Shown here in pieces: positions 1-12,698 of a DNA stretch of 60,567 nucleotides. The notes under the pieces were generated by a model. It worked only from the letters and a program-made list of their open reading frames with translations, had not been told where the DNA came from and did not search any database. Source of the DNA: Octopus bimaculoides (taxonomy: Eukaryota). The stretch lies in contig NC_068995.1 in the NCBI RefSeq assembly GCF_001194135.2, positions 18,231,869 through 18,292,435 of the forward strand, in the 5' to 3' direction. The stretch's first letter is position 1; every line of letters begins with the position of its first letter. The position numbers and the translations under genes are program-made.

Positions 1-27
1 TCTCTCTCTCTCTGTATATATATATAC

Positions 28-86
<59 letters not shown>

Positions 87-2143
87 TATATGTATGTATA
101 TATGCATAGCATATAACATTCACATCACAGTCATCTTAAGCATATAACTAACATTTACACATCCTCTATCAATCTCACCATGTAGTAATCTGTCTATGTT
201 CATATCCATGTATACATCGAAATATCTGTCTAACTATAAATCGATATATGTATATGTATACATATATGCATGTATTCGTAAGTATATGTACAAACATATA
301 CACACACGATCGCACACACTCATATGTAATTATGTATGTATATACGTATGTATGTATGTATATATTCCCTGTGTGTATATGTTTTTCCAAGATTATGGAG
401 TGTTTTTTTTAAAGACTTATGAATTATATATTCGTAATTCTTCTTAACTTTAAATATACTGAAGCCATAAAGTTGTAATTGAACGCAATACTTCACACCT
501 GGCTTAATACCGAAAAGCACATTATCCACTTCCTTGGTGTATGCAGTTTCTAAGCGTACAATAAGAAGTGTTTAGGAAGTTGATAGAAATAGCGGTTTGA
601 TATCACTAATGCGACGAAACTGTTTTCAGCAAAAAATCTCTACTCACACACACACACATACACACCTACACACACATATATGTTGTATGTATGAATGTAT
701 GTGTGTATATATATATATGTATGAATGTATNNNNNNNNNNNNNNNNNNNNNNNNNNNNNNNNNNNNNNNNNNNNNNNNNNNNNNNNNNNNNNNNNNNNNN
801 NNNNNNNNNNNNNNNNNNNNNNNNNNNNNNNNNNNNNNNNNNNNNNNNNNNNNNNNNNNNNNNNNNNNNNNNNNNNNNNNNNNNNNNNNNNNNNNNNNNN
901 NNNNNNNNNNNNNNNNNNNNNNNNNNNNNNNNNNNNNNNNNNNNNNNNNNNNNNNNNNNNNNNNNNNNNNNNNNNNNNNNNNNNNNNNNNNNNNNNNNNN
1001 NNNNNNNNNNNNNNNNNNNNNNNNNNNNNNNNNNNNNNNNNNNNNNNNNNNNNNNNNNNNNNNNNNNNNNNNNNNNNNNNNNNNNNNNNNNNNNNNNNNN
1101 NNNNNNNNNNNNNNNNTTATTTCTAACTTATTTCTACGAATGTCTCACTTCAATGATGGAAGAAGGAAAAAGCACATCATGGCGTTACTAAAAGTCGTTT
1201 GTTATCTAAGAGATTTCTACCACCTGCTATCATCAAAGGAGGGGAGCCACTTAGAATAGAAGTATGTTTCTCCATTATTCTTTAGTAATACCTTTTTATT
1301 TGTGATGTTTGTTATGGTTACACATAAAGCTCCTATATTTTTCACTTGATTTTTAAAGGTAATTGTAATATATTTCGTGAAGTATTAAAAAAATGTTTTA
1401 AGCATTTGTTCTGCAACCTTTCTGTCGATAACTTTGTATTTAGTTTTCTTTTTATTTTGCCATAATCGTTTATATCATTATTTGTTTTCAATACATTGAA
1501 GAAATAAGAAAAAAGAACCAGTCGTTATAAAAGGTTTGATCATAGAAGAAATGTGTATAGCACCTGTTTACCAAGTGAACTGGTCACATTCAAGTAAAAT
1601 GCAAAATCCTGCTTCTTGTTGAACTAAGTATGATGCAGCTAAATGCAACATTAATTTCAAAAATCATTCCAATATCGTTCTGAGAAACAAGGCTTAATAG
1701 ATACTCAACAGATGCAAAAGTGGTAAGATTATGCTTTATGCCTAGTATATACATATATGTATATGCATATGTACATATGTCATGGATATTGCACTCTCGA
1801 TCGTGCGATGTAAGTTCCATTCCGAACCGGGCAGAAGCGTTGCGTTTTTGCATAAATCGTTTCATCTCATGTTTCATATCACGTGGCACACTCTGCGCCT
1901 GTACATGCAAAACCAATTTGAAGGAGGTGGGCTAAGGAAAATGCCAGATATTTGATCACTATAAACGGATCGCCTATGCAAATTGTTCAACAAAATATTG
2001 CAGAAATTCCATCTGCCATGTATGATAGTAGAGTCCATATATATGGACCTATGTATTTTGTTTACGTTCGCATAGTTTAAAAGACCTGTTAAGAAGGCCA
2101 GGAGAAATAGTCAGACAAAGAAACAGAATAAAATAATGAAGAA

Positions 2144-2161
2144 ATAGATAGATAGATAGAC

Positions 2162-2206
<45 letters not shown>

Positions 2207-2239
2207 TATAGAGAGAGTTAGAGAGAGAGAGAGAGAGAG
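2144..2239. repeat. (GATA)n/(GA)n microsatellite running into a gap
   Basis: Read directly. Confidence 0.97.
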
Positions 2240-3245
2240 NNNNNNNNNNNNNNNNNNNNNNNNNNNNNNNNNNNNNNNNNNNNNNNNNNNNNNNNNNNNN
2301 NNNNNNNNNNNNNNNNNNNNNNNNNNNNNNNNNNNNNNNNNNNNNNNNNNNNNNNNNNNNNNNNNNNNNNNNNNNNNNNNNNNNNNNNNNNNNNNNNNNN
2401 NNNNNNNNNNNNNNNNNNNNNNNNNNNNNNNNNNNNNNNNNNNNNNNNNNNNNNNNNNNNNNNNNNNNNNNNNNNNNNNNNNNNNNNNNNNNNNNNNNNN
2501 NNNNNNNNNNNNNNNNNNNNNNNNNNNNNNNNNNNNNNNNNNNNNNNNNNNNNNNNNNNNNNNNNNNNNNNNNNNNNNNNNNNNNNNNNNNNNNNNNNNN
2601 NNNNNNNNNNNNNNNNNNNNNNNNNNNNNNNNNNNNNNNNNNNNNNNNNNNNNNNNNNNNNNNNNNNNNNNNNNNNNNNNNNNNNNNNNNNNNNNNNNNN
2701 NNNNNNNNNNNNNNNNNNNNNNNNNNNNNNNNNNNNNNNNNNNNNNNNNNNNNNNNNNNNNNNNNNNNNNNNNNNNNNNNNNNNNNATATTCTTTATTTA
2801 GATCACGAAAGTTATATTTGGGTATGTTTAAAACATACCAGTTTTATCGTGTCTACAGAAAAGCATGACCCCTTTAGTACTTAAGTACTTCTTTTCAGGA
2901 TCATTTGAATGAAATGCATTCCATTATTAATTTGTTATTCTAATGAATATCATGAACCCATAGCTAATTAGATACTTAAATGCTTTTACAAACAAGACAA
3001 TATTTCGTTATATCTCACATAGCATTATTATTTTATGTATTTGTATATTTATTTGTTAATGCCTCTCATTATAATTAGAAATCCATTGGGATACTTCCAG
3101 CAACTTTGTCGATTAATGCCAAGAATAACTATTACATGTAAAGTCACCCTTGTCTACCTTGCACATGATTAACCCAGTCTCCTATATTATTTTGGCACAC
3201 AATCTGATTAGTTCAGAGAATTAAATAGTGATTAAGGCACTTGTT

Positions 3246-3385
3246 CTGAATGTTATTGCTACTACTGCTGCTGTTGCTGCTACTGCTGTTGCTGCTCCTG
3301 CGATGGTGGTTACTATTTCTGCCACTTCTTCTGTTACTTTTACTTCTACCATTGCTCCTGCAACTGCTGCTGTTACTGCTACTAT
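3246..3385. repeat. Degenerate GCT/ACT/GTT trinucleotide low-complexity tract
   Basis: Read directly; explains the Ala/Thr/Ser-rich ORFs at 3213-3430. Confidence 0.9.
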
Positions 3386-4090
3386 CACAACAATAGTAAA
3401 AATGCGAAAACAATAAAAAACAAGATGCACAACAACATCAGCAAGGAAAACAACAATTATAACAACACCAAAAGAAATAAATAAAAAAGAAACACTAAAA
3501 AATGGAAGCTCATACCGAGATCAACAACAACAACAACAGCAGCGACAATAAGCATAATAATGAAAATAACAATAATATTAATTATAATAACGATGAACAA
3601 TTTTAATACATTGTGAAAATACCCATGAACGAATGCAATTGTTAAATGTTTTGTTTTAAAAAATGGACATCCCTGATTTCAGCGTGTTTTATTGTTTTCT
3701 GTATTGTTATTTAATAGAAATATTTTAGTTGACAAAATGGTCGATTTATTGTGTTAATATTGCATAATGCTGCTTCATTGCTTTATGCTTTTACAACTGG
3801 CTATAATGTTACAAAATAAAATCGTTCTCATTAACATTCATACGAGTTAATACTCTCCCTTACATAGTCAGGACATAGCTTCAAGTTGTATTTTATTAGT
3901 TAATAGAGTGTCTTATAACTAATCCATTACGAGTTTCATAACGATATATCCACTGATATTTTAAAAAATTGTAAGAACTTCGTATCGTTAACATGAGTAA
4001 TGTGTATTTATAATTCGTTCTGTGCGGATGCATGGCGTTGGAAAAACGTAGAGCATAAGTACCAAATTCTCTATCTGTGTTTTCATTCTT

Positions 4091-4760
4091 GTAGTTAAAC
4101 CTGCAAAATGCATTTTTATGTATAATTTATGCAGATATTCGGTGGACTTTTTTTAAACTTAAAAACACCGACAATTTTAAGGAATTTCAAACTTTATACA
4201 TGTAGAAACATATATAGCTTATTTCATTGTCTGACAATATTGATATGTACTTGGGAACATATATTTATGCTTCGAGAGTTTAAAGTTTCAGTCCAATAAA
4301 TCCATTTTGTTGTCTGGCATTTTGCATTTTGTATTAAAATATGTATATTTAGACTTTTAAACTATAGTATACAGGGATTGGCGGTTTGCCTACAAAATCT
4401 GGTATGGTTAACGAATTTTTGTAGTTATACTTGCAAAATGCGTTTCATGTATAATTTATGCAGTTATTCGGTGGAATTGTGGTTTATTTGATGATACCTG
4501 CATTTTTAGGGTATTTCAAATTTGTTACTTGCAGAAACCCATCTAGCTTATTTTATTGACTGACAATACTGGCATGTCCTTGGAAACATTTTTATGTATC
4601 GAGAGTTTATCATGCGAATATCGTTGTAGACCTACACATCCAGTTTATTATCTGTTATTTTGTATTTAGTATCAAAATATGTATATTTAGACATTTGAAA
4701 GACGGTAGGAGGAAAAAAGATGATTTGCCTGCAAACTCTGGCATGATTAACGAATCTCTT
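4091..4760. repeat. Diverged tandem duplication, two units of about 330 and 340 bp
   Basis: Colinear blocks in 4091-4420 and 4421-4760, e.g. TGCAAAATGC, ATGTATAATTTATGCAG, TATTCGGTGGA, TAGCTTATTT, CTGACAATA, TCGAGAGTTTA, AAAATATGTATATTTAGAC, TTTGCCT, TTAACGAAT. Confidence 0.9.
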
Positions 4761-5051
4761 GTGTCTACACGTTTCCTCTATACCTCCTCCGTAATTCATG
4801 TACCTTGTTTTAGCTCACTTAACAGTTTTGGTATATTGCTTTACTTGCAATGATCTCGAAAATGTAAAGATGCTCTTCGTATTTAGACTTTGCAGCTGAT
4901 GGAATGTGTGTACGTGTTCATTCATGCATATAACTTCATGTTTAATGTGTTTGGTTTTGTGACGTGGGAATATGTGAAAAACATGAAGGAGAAAACCTAC
5001 AAACATATACATACACACACATATATGGTCTTCCTCGGTCACGAGTGGACG

Positions 5052-5124
<73 letters not shown>

Positions 5125-5590
5125 ATCGATGACTACTAAGTGGATATCCACTTAGTGGTCATCCCTCTTATATGTATGTAGTAAATTTCTTCTGAATCTT
5201 CAGATTTTTTAATATGCTAGGCCACTGACTTTACATTGATATTAAATTAATACTCAATTTTTCACCCTTATTATCTAAATTTATAAGTATATATGTATAT
5301 GTACATATTTATACACACACACACACACGTATAATTTCATATAAAATTTAAACAGAAGCACGATCAGTATCGAACGGAAAATATCATACGCAAGACACGG
5401 ACAAGCTTTTTTGCTCGTCAGTTATCGTCTCAAGAATGATTTATTTCGGCCGGTGTAAACTGTGGATACCAGCTGCGAATAGTGAACGAACGTTGATGAG
5501 AGTGACGAAAATATATATGGAAACAAATACGAATACTGTGCAGGTGTATGTATGTATATATATATATATATATATATACATAAGTACATA

Positions 5591-5750
5591 AGTGCAAGGC
5601 ATGGCTGTTTGGTAAGATCTTACCACCCGTCATAGTACCAGATTCAGTGCCACTGCGTGGCACTTTGGGAAAGAGATTTCTACTCTACCCACAGTCCAAC
5701 TTAAGACTTGCGAATAGATTTGTTAGACTGAAACTGAAAGAAGCCAGTCG
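5591..5750 (+). mobile_element. tRNA-derived SINE, family A (CORE-like), 5' half, diverged
   Basis: Aligns by eye to the copy at 51487-51875: TGGCTGTTTGGTAAG (A-box-like), GATTCAGTGCC (B-box-like), GCGTGGCACTTTGGGAAAG (CORE-like) and GAAACTGAAAGAAGCCAGTCG. It runs into (TG)n and a gap that may hide the 3' half. Confidence 0.8.
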
Positions 5751-5755
5751 CATGT

Positions 5756-5800
<45 letters not shown>

Positions 5801-6290
5801 NNNNNNNNNNNNNNNNNNNNNNNNNNNNNNNNNNNNNNNNNNNNNNNNNNNNNNNNNNNNNNNNNNNNNNNNNNNNNNNNNNNNNNNNNNNNNNNNNNNN
5901 NNNNNNNNNNNNNNNNNNNNNNNNNNNNNNNNNNNNNNNNNNNNNNNNNNNNNNNNNNNNNNNNNNNNNNNNNNNNNNNNNNNNNNNNNNNNNNNNNNNN
6001 NNNNNNNNNNNNNNNNNNNNNNNNNNNNNNNNNNNNNNNNNNNNNNNNNNNNNNNNNNNNNNNNNNNNNNNNNNNNNNNNNNNNNNNNNNNNNNNNNNNN
6101 NNNNNNNNNNNNNNNNNNNNNNNNNNNNNNNNNNNNNNNNNNNNNNNNNNNNNNNNNNNNNNNNNNNNNNNNNNNNNNNNNNNNNNNNNNNNNNNNNNNN
6201 NNNNNNNNNNNNNNNNNNNNNNNNNNNNNNNNNNNNNNNNNNNNNNNNNNNNNNNNNNNNNNNNNNNNNNNNNNNNNNNNNNNNNNNNNN

Positions 6291-6333
<43 letters not shown>

Positions 6334-7635
6334 GTATGTATATATGTATGTATATAATTGTTCATTTCATGCTAGGCGTGATCTATGTGCAGAGGAATAC
6401 TGGAAATTTACTTCAATTACATATTCATATCTGTAATTTAAATGTTAATGATATTAAAAGGAAGCACTAGCGGAACATCTCATGCGACATCTGTTTCTTC
6501 GACGTGTTCATAGATGACACACAGATAGCTTGATAATTTATTTGATGCCCGGACTATGTAATTCCTACTTCTATCGACAGTTTTCAGTCAAACGGTTTCA
6601 GTAAAGAATACGTTTTACAATCCGTCTTCTCCATTTAGTCTCAAGAACAGTTTCAATTTATGCATATGAAAATGCTCTCTTCGTAGCCATCCCCTCAAAA
6701 CTGATATGCTGCAAGTCATTAGCCTACATATAAAATTTCACCGACTAAATACATCTGCAGCAACCAGGGGAAAAAATAAACAAATTCAAACAAAACCTTT
6801 TAAATCGGCTTGTTGTTATGTATAAGAAGGATAGAATTTCTCATATATACATCAATGGTTTAAAGAATTATAATCGTGAAAGCACGGGTTGTTCTTGATG
6901 GCCTCCATGTCATCTGTGAGTAGCTATCAACTAATGATCTTAAGGATGAATTCTCTTCAATTTCCCTGGAATATGTTTCTATTGTACATGTTTCCAACTT
7001 GAATACACGCAAAAGGCCTCGAGGCAATGCAACGTCTCGTTTAAACTGACTGTAAAAATATGAATCCGACCAAATAATGTGTGTATGCTAGCCTGTTTGT
7101 CTATCACTGATAATTCTCATACATATATATTTATAGACATACAAATCTGTGTGTGCGTGTGTGTTTGTGTTTGTGTGTGTGTGTTATGTATGTATGTATG
7201 TTTGCATGTATATATGTGTGACAGATCTTGAATGTGCACGTGTGCGTTTGCGTGTACAAGCATAGAGAGGAAGACAGTGAGTGTGAGTGAGAGAGCAAAC
7301 GTGTTTCATATATGTTACAGAAAATTTCTGGAAATATTCAATAAGTGTCTGTTATTCATACAGTCCTGAAAACCTTCTATAGGCGCTCGTGAATGGATGT
7401 TCACGAGCTGGAAAAATAAAATGTGAGTATTCACTACTGGTATCCAAAGCAGTTTCATATGTTGTGATATCGAGTCAAGCAAATCTGAATGAGTCACCTC
7501 TATAATTTTAGGGACAGTATTACATAATCTGACCGAAATCTATATATCAACATTGTAGCTATTCATGTATAACAAAAGGTATTTTTTCATCTCCTTTGTT
7601 TTTTCTTTTAAGAAATAAGTATTTTTCCATTGAAT

Positions 7636-7960
7636 ATGAGGGTGGAGAGAAAGGTACAGTCACCCAAGAAGTTCGATTAATGCTGGGTGAATGTGGCAAG
7701 AATGGCCGGCGTGAATGAGCCTACTCTAAGTGTGCACCTGTAGGCCAGCTGGAAAGAAGATAGGGTGCTTTCTTCGTGTTAAGGGGTCCAAAGTGCGTGA
7801 GGTCTCTTTGGTCACCTTATGGTGGAACTCCCCCCTATTGGGGAAACATTGATTTAATCACTTTGTTGATCGTTGTGCTTGTTGGCTGTTTACACGTTTA
7901 ACCTCGTCTGTGTATCGTCCTCTGTTTTGTGTCCTGAACTGGTGGCCAATAAAGAAAGAA
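7636..7960 (+). mobile_element. 3' end of a LINE (probably Tx1/L1 clade): ORF2 C-terminus, 3' UTR and polyA signal
   Basis: GC-elevated block translating as MRVERKVQSPKKFD*CWVNVARMAGVNEPTLSVHL* (stop 7741-7743), then a UTR-like stretch ending in AATAAA (7948-7953) and an A-rich tail. The family assignment is from recalled similarity to mollusc Tx1-like 3' ends and needs a Dfam/Repbase search. Confidence 0.5.
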
Positions 7961-7988
7961 ATATTATTAACATCAGCATTATTATTAA

Positions 7989-8186
<198 letters not shown>

Positions 8187-10649
8187 ATGGGACTGTGATA
8201 CTGTGCCTTAAATAAATGTTGTCTGTTAAATATAACTACACTTTGGATTGAGAATGAAATTTTCCTAGACCTTTTTCAAAATCGTGTAAGTTACACTTGG
8301 GACGAAGCGTACTGCTTCTTATTCCATATTTAATGTGCTACTCGTGATTTCTACTACCCGTTATTGTGTATGTTTCAGTATGATGTCTTTTAACTTTTTG
8401 TTATATTAGTTAATACCAGTCTACACGATTCATATACACAAGAATATATATGATGATTATATAGAACTGTAGTTTTGTCCCTTTTCCCATGAGTACACAT
8501 ACACAAACACGCGCACACACACACATATACACACGCATATTTGAATTTATTTAGTGTGGATACGGAATGCATGGTTAGAGCGTTTGGGAAGTTCGTGTCG
8601 TTATCATCTATTATTTTTAGTATACGTAATTCAATTGGGTCCCAAATATTCTAGTAATCTTTTAATATATTTTAATGAATTCATATGGATTAGAATCCAG
8701 TTTGATCGTCCGACGACGTATTGATAGCACAGTGTTCAAACAAGTACCACTTTCATGTAATCAATCATCTTAATTGTCGTAGTCGTGTATTGTAAGTTTT
8801 TGTAGCGCGTTGATAAAAACACAAAAAAAGTATTCCCGGTAAAATGTCCCATCGGAGGAAGACATACTGTTACTTCGTCTTGACTTACCTATAGTGTTTA
8901 GTTGGAAGATATATGAAAGGCTGTTTGCCAATGCCTTTCCCAAATGCATGGCCGTTCGCTCATAGGGAGCTCACAGACCTTCGACAAGTCTTGTTTTTAT
9001 CTTCCAGAATGCACAGACATTCTATTCATAAGAGTAGCAAACTACTCAAGCCGGTTTAATCGCCGACCACCCGACCATGCAAGATCAAGTACGGGTGTAC
9101 ATAGTACCTGTAGCAGGCCACATCAACGTATGATGGGAGGCCTGGCCTTAGTATATCATCTCCGTACGTTTTTAACTTTCTTAATTAGTTGTTTTCGAAT
9201 AATGTTTTTTTCTGTACCCTTGCAATGAATTTTTCTTTTAACAAAGGGGTTGTAATTATTTTTCATCTTGCATATTCTGAAGATTTATGGCGCGCGTTCG
9301 AATATAGGGATCAAAGAGAATGGGCAAAAGTGCCCATTGGTTCTTAAATAAAAATATAAAAATATACACAATGAACTGTATAGTGAGGTCATACATCCTT
9401 GCACGCGCACACATATCGATAGGTATGATGAAGATTCAAAAGATACGAGGCTATGTTCGTATGTAATGCCAAATATGCCGTCATAGAAGATGGCGTTCAG
9501 AAGGATATGTTTCATTATGACCCTATTCTTGGTGAATGTCATATACATAGGGATACCTCCAAAGCGGAGGAAAGATTTTCATGAAGCGGGATAATTAGCT
9601 TCATCTTACAGCAATATTGTCTATATAGATTTCATAATAATTCTGTAATGCAGGATATAATAACTAGCATTTCTAAGGAGTGATGAATGCATTTAAATTT
9701 TAAACAGGATTTGCTATTAAAATAATTTACTCGATTTTAAACCTTGATTTTAATTGCAAATCTACGATTCTGCTCTAGACTTGTCTTTCAAATTTTATAT
9801 GAATATGTATCTACTTGCCAGTTCGGAAGCTTATGATGATTTATCCGGATTGATAAAAATGGTACTTAACTATAATTCAAAGTCTTGGTTTCATTCTAAC
9901 AGAATAAAAACCAATGTTTTCTTCTGGGTTTTTCAGTCGCACCAAATTTCATGAAAACACACATACATAGCTTTATACATATATAAGCATAAATATATAC
10001 AGACACATATATATGCATACACATACATAATTTGGTTGTTTTAAAGACCACAATAGAAGTTCCAAGTGGATGTAAATACTCAATCACAACAGATTTTTAA
10101 GGAACACCTTTGGACAGTTATCTGTAAGCAGTTATCTGTAATAAAGGGTTTCCAGAAGATTTTTGTGGTTGAAGACATATAAGAAGTTGAAACTTTCAGC
10201 GCAGGGTTCCAGACAGCCGTAAGGGTAAAACGCGGGCAGAAAATTTAGCGGAAACAACACGCATTTATCCTTAAGTTACATACACATATTTAAACACGAT
10301 TTGTCTGGTCTTGTGTCAAAATTTGAAACCAATATATTGTCGATGATGGATTTATTTTTTTTCTATTTAGCCGTCTTATGTTCCTTATACAAATATGTAA
10401 GTAAATGAAGCTTAACTTTTCTTTATTTTTTGAAAGAATAAAATTTTTGAATGGTACTGACCATTGCGGTTTCTACTCCTTTAAGCTGCATGTTAAAGAC
10501 GCATTAAATCTAATCTGTTAATATTTAATCATTAAATACATTTGACCAAATATAACCTTCATAGCTGTAGGGTTAAATCTATTAAAAGCTACGTTATTAT
10601 AAACTCCATAATTGATTTTAATAATCGATAGATTTAAGATATTTAAAAT

Positions 10650-10691
10650 ATTATTATTATTATTATTATTATTGTCATTATTATGATTATT

Positions 10692-10786
<95 letters not shown>

Positions 10787-10830
10787 CATTGCTATTGTTA
10801 TTGTTGTTGTTGTTTTTATTGTTATCGTAG
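10650..10830. repeat. (ATT)n grading into (GTT)n microsatellite
   Basis: Read directly. Confidence 0.95.
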
Positions 10831-12134
10831 TTGTCGTATTTTATCGCTTTTAGTAATTTGTTTTGGTATGTTTTTATAGTATTTGATTCCTGTTTTATTT
10901 CAGTTTCTCAATTTTTTTTTCTTTCGTTACATTTTTGCCGACTGTCATTGTATTCCTTTAAGTAAAACGGCTCATTTTCTTTTTCTTGAAATTTGAGGTG
11001 TTAATAGGAAGAAATAATTCTGGAGTGGTGCCAAAGGATAGAGAAAGGGACAGTTGGAGTGTTTACATAAGACCAATGATAATCCTCACTTTTTCCAGCA
11101 TATTCTATTTTGGGATAATTCCAAATCAATTAAATAAATCTACCGTTCTTAAGTTTTCTCATTGTTAAAAATGAAAGTTGGGGAGATTTTTGTATTGAAT
11201 AAAAGTGTCACTACGAAAATCGTCTTTCCTGTTCTTTTTACCTTGATCATTAATGATTTTCCTCTTTGTCGTTGTCGCTTCTCACGTTGTTGTTGTTGTT
11301 GATAGCTATTAGCTTTTCAGTAGAGAGTAATTTCCGTATTATTTGCTAATCTTTTTCTTTCTTTATTATTATTTGTTTCCCTGGTGTTTTTACTTTTTGC
11401 TATTCGCAAGACTTGTCTTATATTTATGTAAGAGTTAATTAAAGCAGATAAGAAGATGGAAACTTTCAACTGTCACTCAAGTTTATCTAGCATCTCTAAT
11501 GTGGATATTAAGTAAAAACAAACGTCCCCCACTCAACACCACCATTATTTTTCTTTCTTTACTTGCTTAGTTTTTATAATTTTTTTCTATATTCGTTTAT
11601 CCTTTTCTTTTGTATAAACTTATATAGCGCCACAATATCGTTTTATATTTCCATACAAATTATAAAAAAATGTGATAGAATTTCATAAGCCCACTACATA
11701 TAGAACGTGGTGAACTGAATTTGAGATTTCACTACTTCCGGTTTTATATTTAGGGATATCTTGAAGTAATTGTTTGAAACATCCCACTTGATTGAAGACA
11801 ATATACAAAACGGTAGTAGAGCTTTGTGTCAGACACAATGTATCGTGCCTTAATGTCGAAAGAATGTTTGAATATATTTTTCAGATGAAAAAGCAAGTAA
11901 ATATTTGTTGATTATATTTAATATTCAGCTTGAATTAGTTCCCACAGTACAAAATAAATATATTTGAAGTAAATTTTCTACCTTCTTGTTAAACAATAAT
12001 TGACAATTACGCCGTCCAGTATGATCGCCACATCTTTACTTTAATTATTATTCACTTTTTCTCTCTTTCCTGCTTTATATGTCTGTAAACATACATAAAT
12101 ACATGCAAACATATGCGTATGTCTATAACTCTCT

Positions 12135-12201
12135 AGCACCGTGACACGTAATCACGGAGGTGTGAGTTCGTGTCTCATAGCTGGCTGCCAACACTTTTTT
12201 T
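12135..12201 (+). pseudogene. tRNA-like element (Thr-CGT-shaped), 5' end degenerate; tRNA pseudogene or SINE head
   Basis: Anticodon arm CCGTGA-CACGTAA-TCACGG (12139-12157), short variable loop, T arm GTGAG-TTCGTGT-CTCAT (12162-12178), then AGCTGGC and a T7 run at 12195-12201. No matching 5' acceptor strand or intact D arm. Confidence 0.6.
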
Positions 12202-12233
12202 CTGCAAAATAGCGGTAGCTTATCCTGTTCAGG

Positions 12234-12275
<42 letters not shown>

Positions 12276-12634
12276 NNNNNNNNNNNNNNNNNNNNNNNNN
12301 NNNNNNNNNNNNNNNNNNNNNNNNNNNNNNNNNNNNNNNNNNNNNNNNNNNNNNNNNNNNNNNNNNNNNNNNNNNNNNNNNNNNNNNNNNNNNNNNNNNN
12401 NNNNNNNNNNNNNNNNNNNNNNNNNNNNNNNNNNNNNNNNNNNNNNNNNNNNNNNNNNNNNNNNNNNNNNNNNNNNNNNNNNNNNNNNNNNNNNNNNNNN
12501 NNNNNNNNNNNNNNNNNNNNNNNNNNNNNNNNNNNNNNNNNNNNNNNNNNNNNNNNNNNNNNNNNNNNNNNNNNNNNNNNNNNNNNNNNNNNNNNNNNNN
12601 NNNNNNNNNNNNNNNNNNNNNNNNNNNNNNNNNA

Positions 12635-12698
<64 letters not shown>

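Noticed and set aside
7385-7408. 9-bp hairpin GCTCGTGAA/TTCACGAGC, and the hairpins at 19900 and 35356, as miRNA precursors
   Set aside because: Stems are far too short for a pre-miRNA (about 22+ bp needed).
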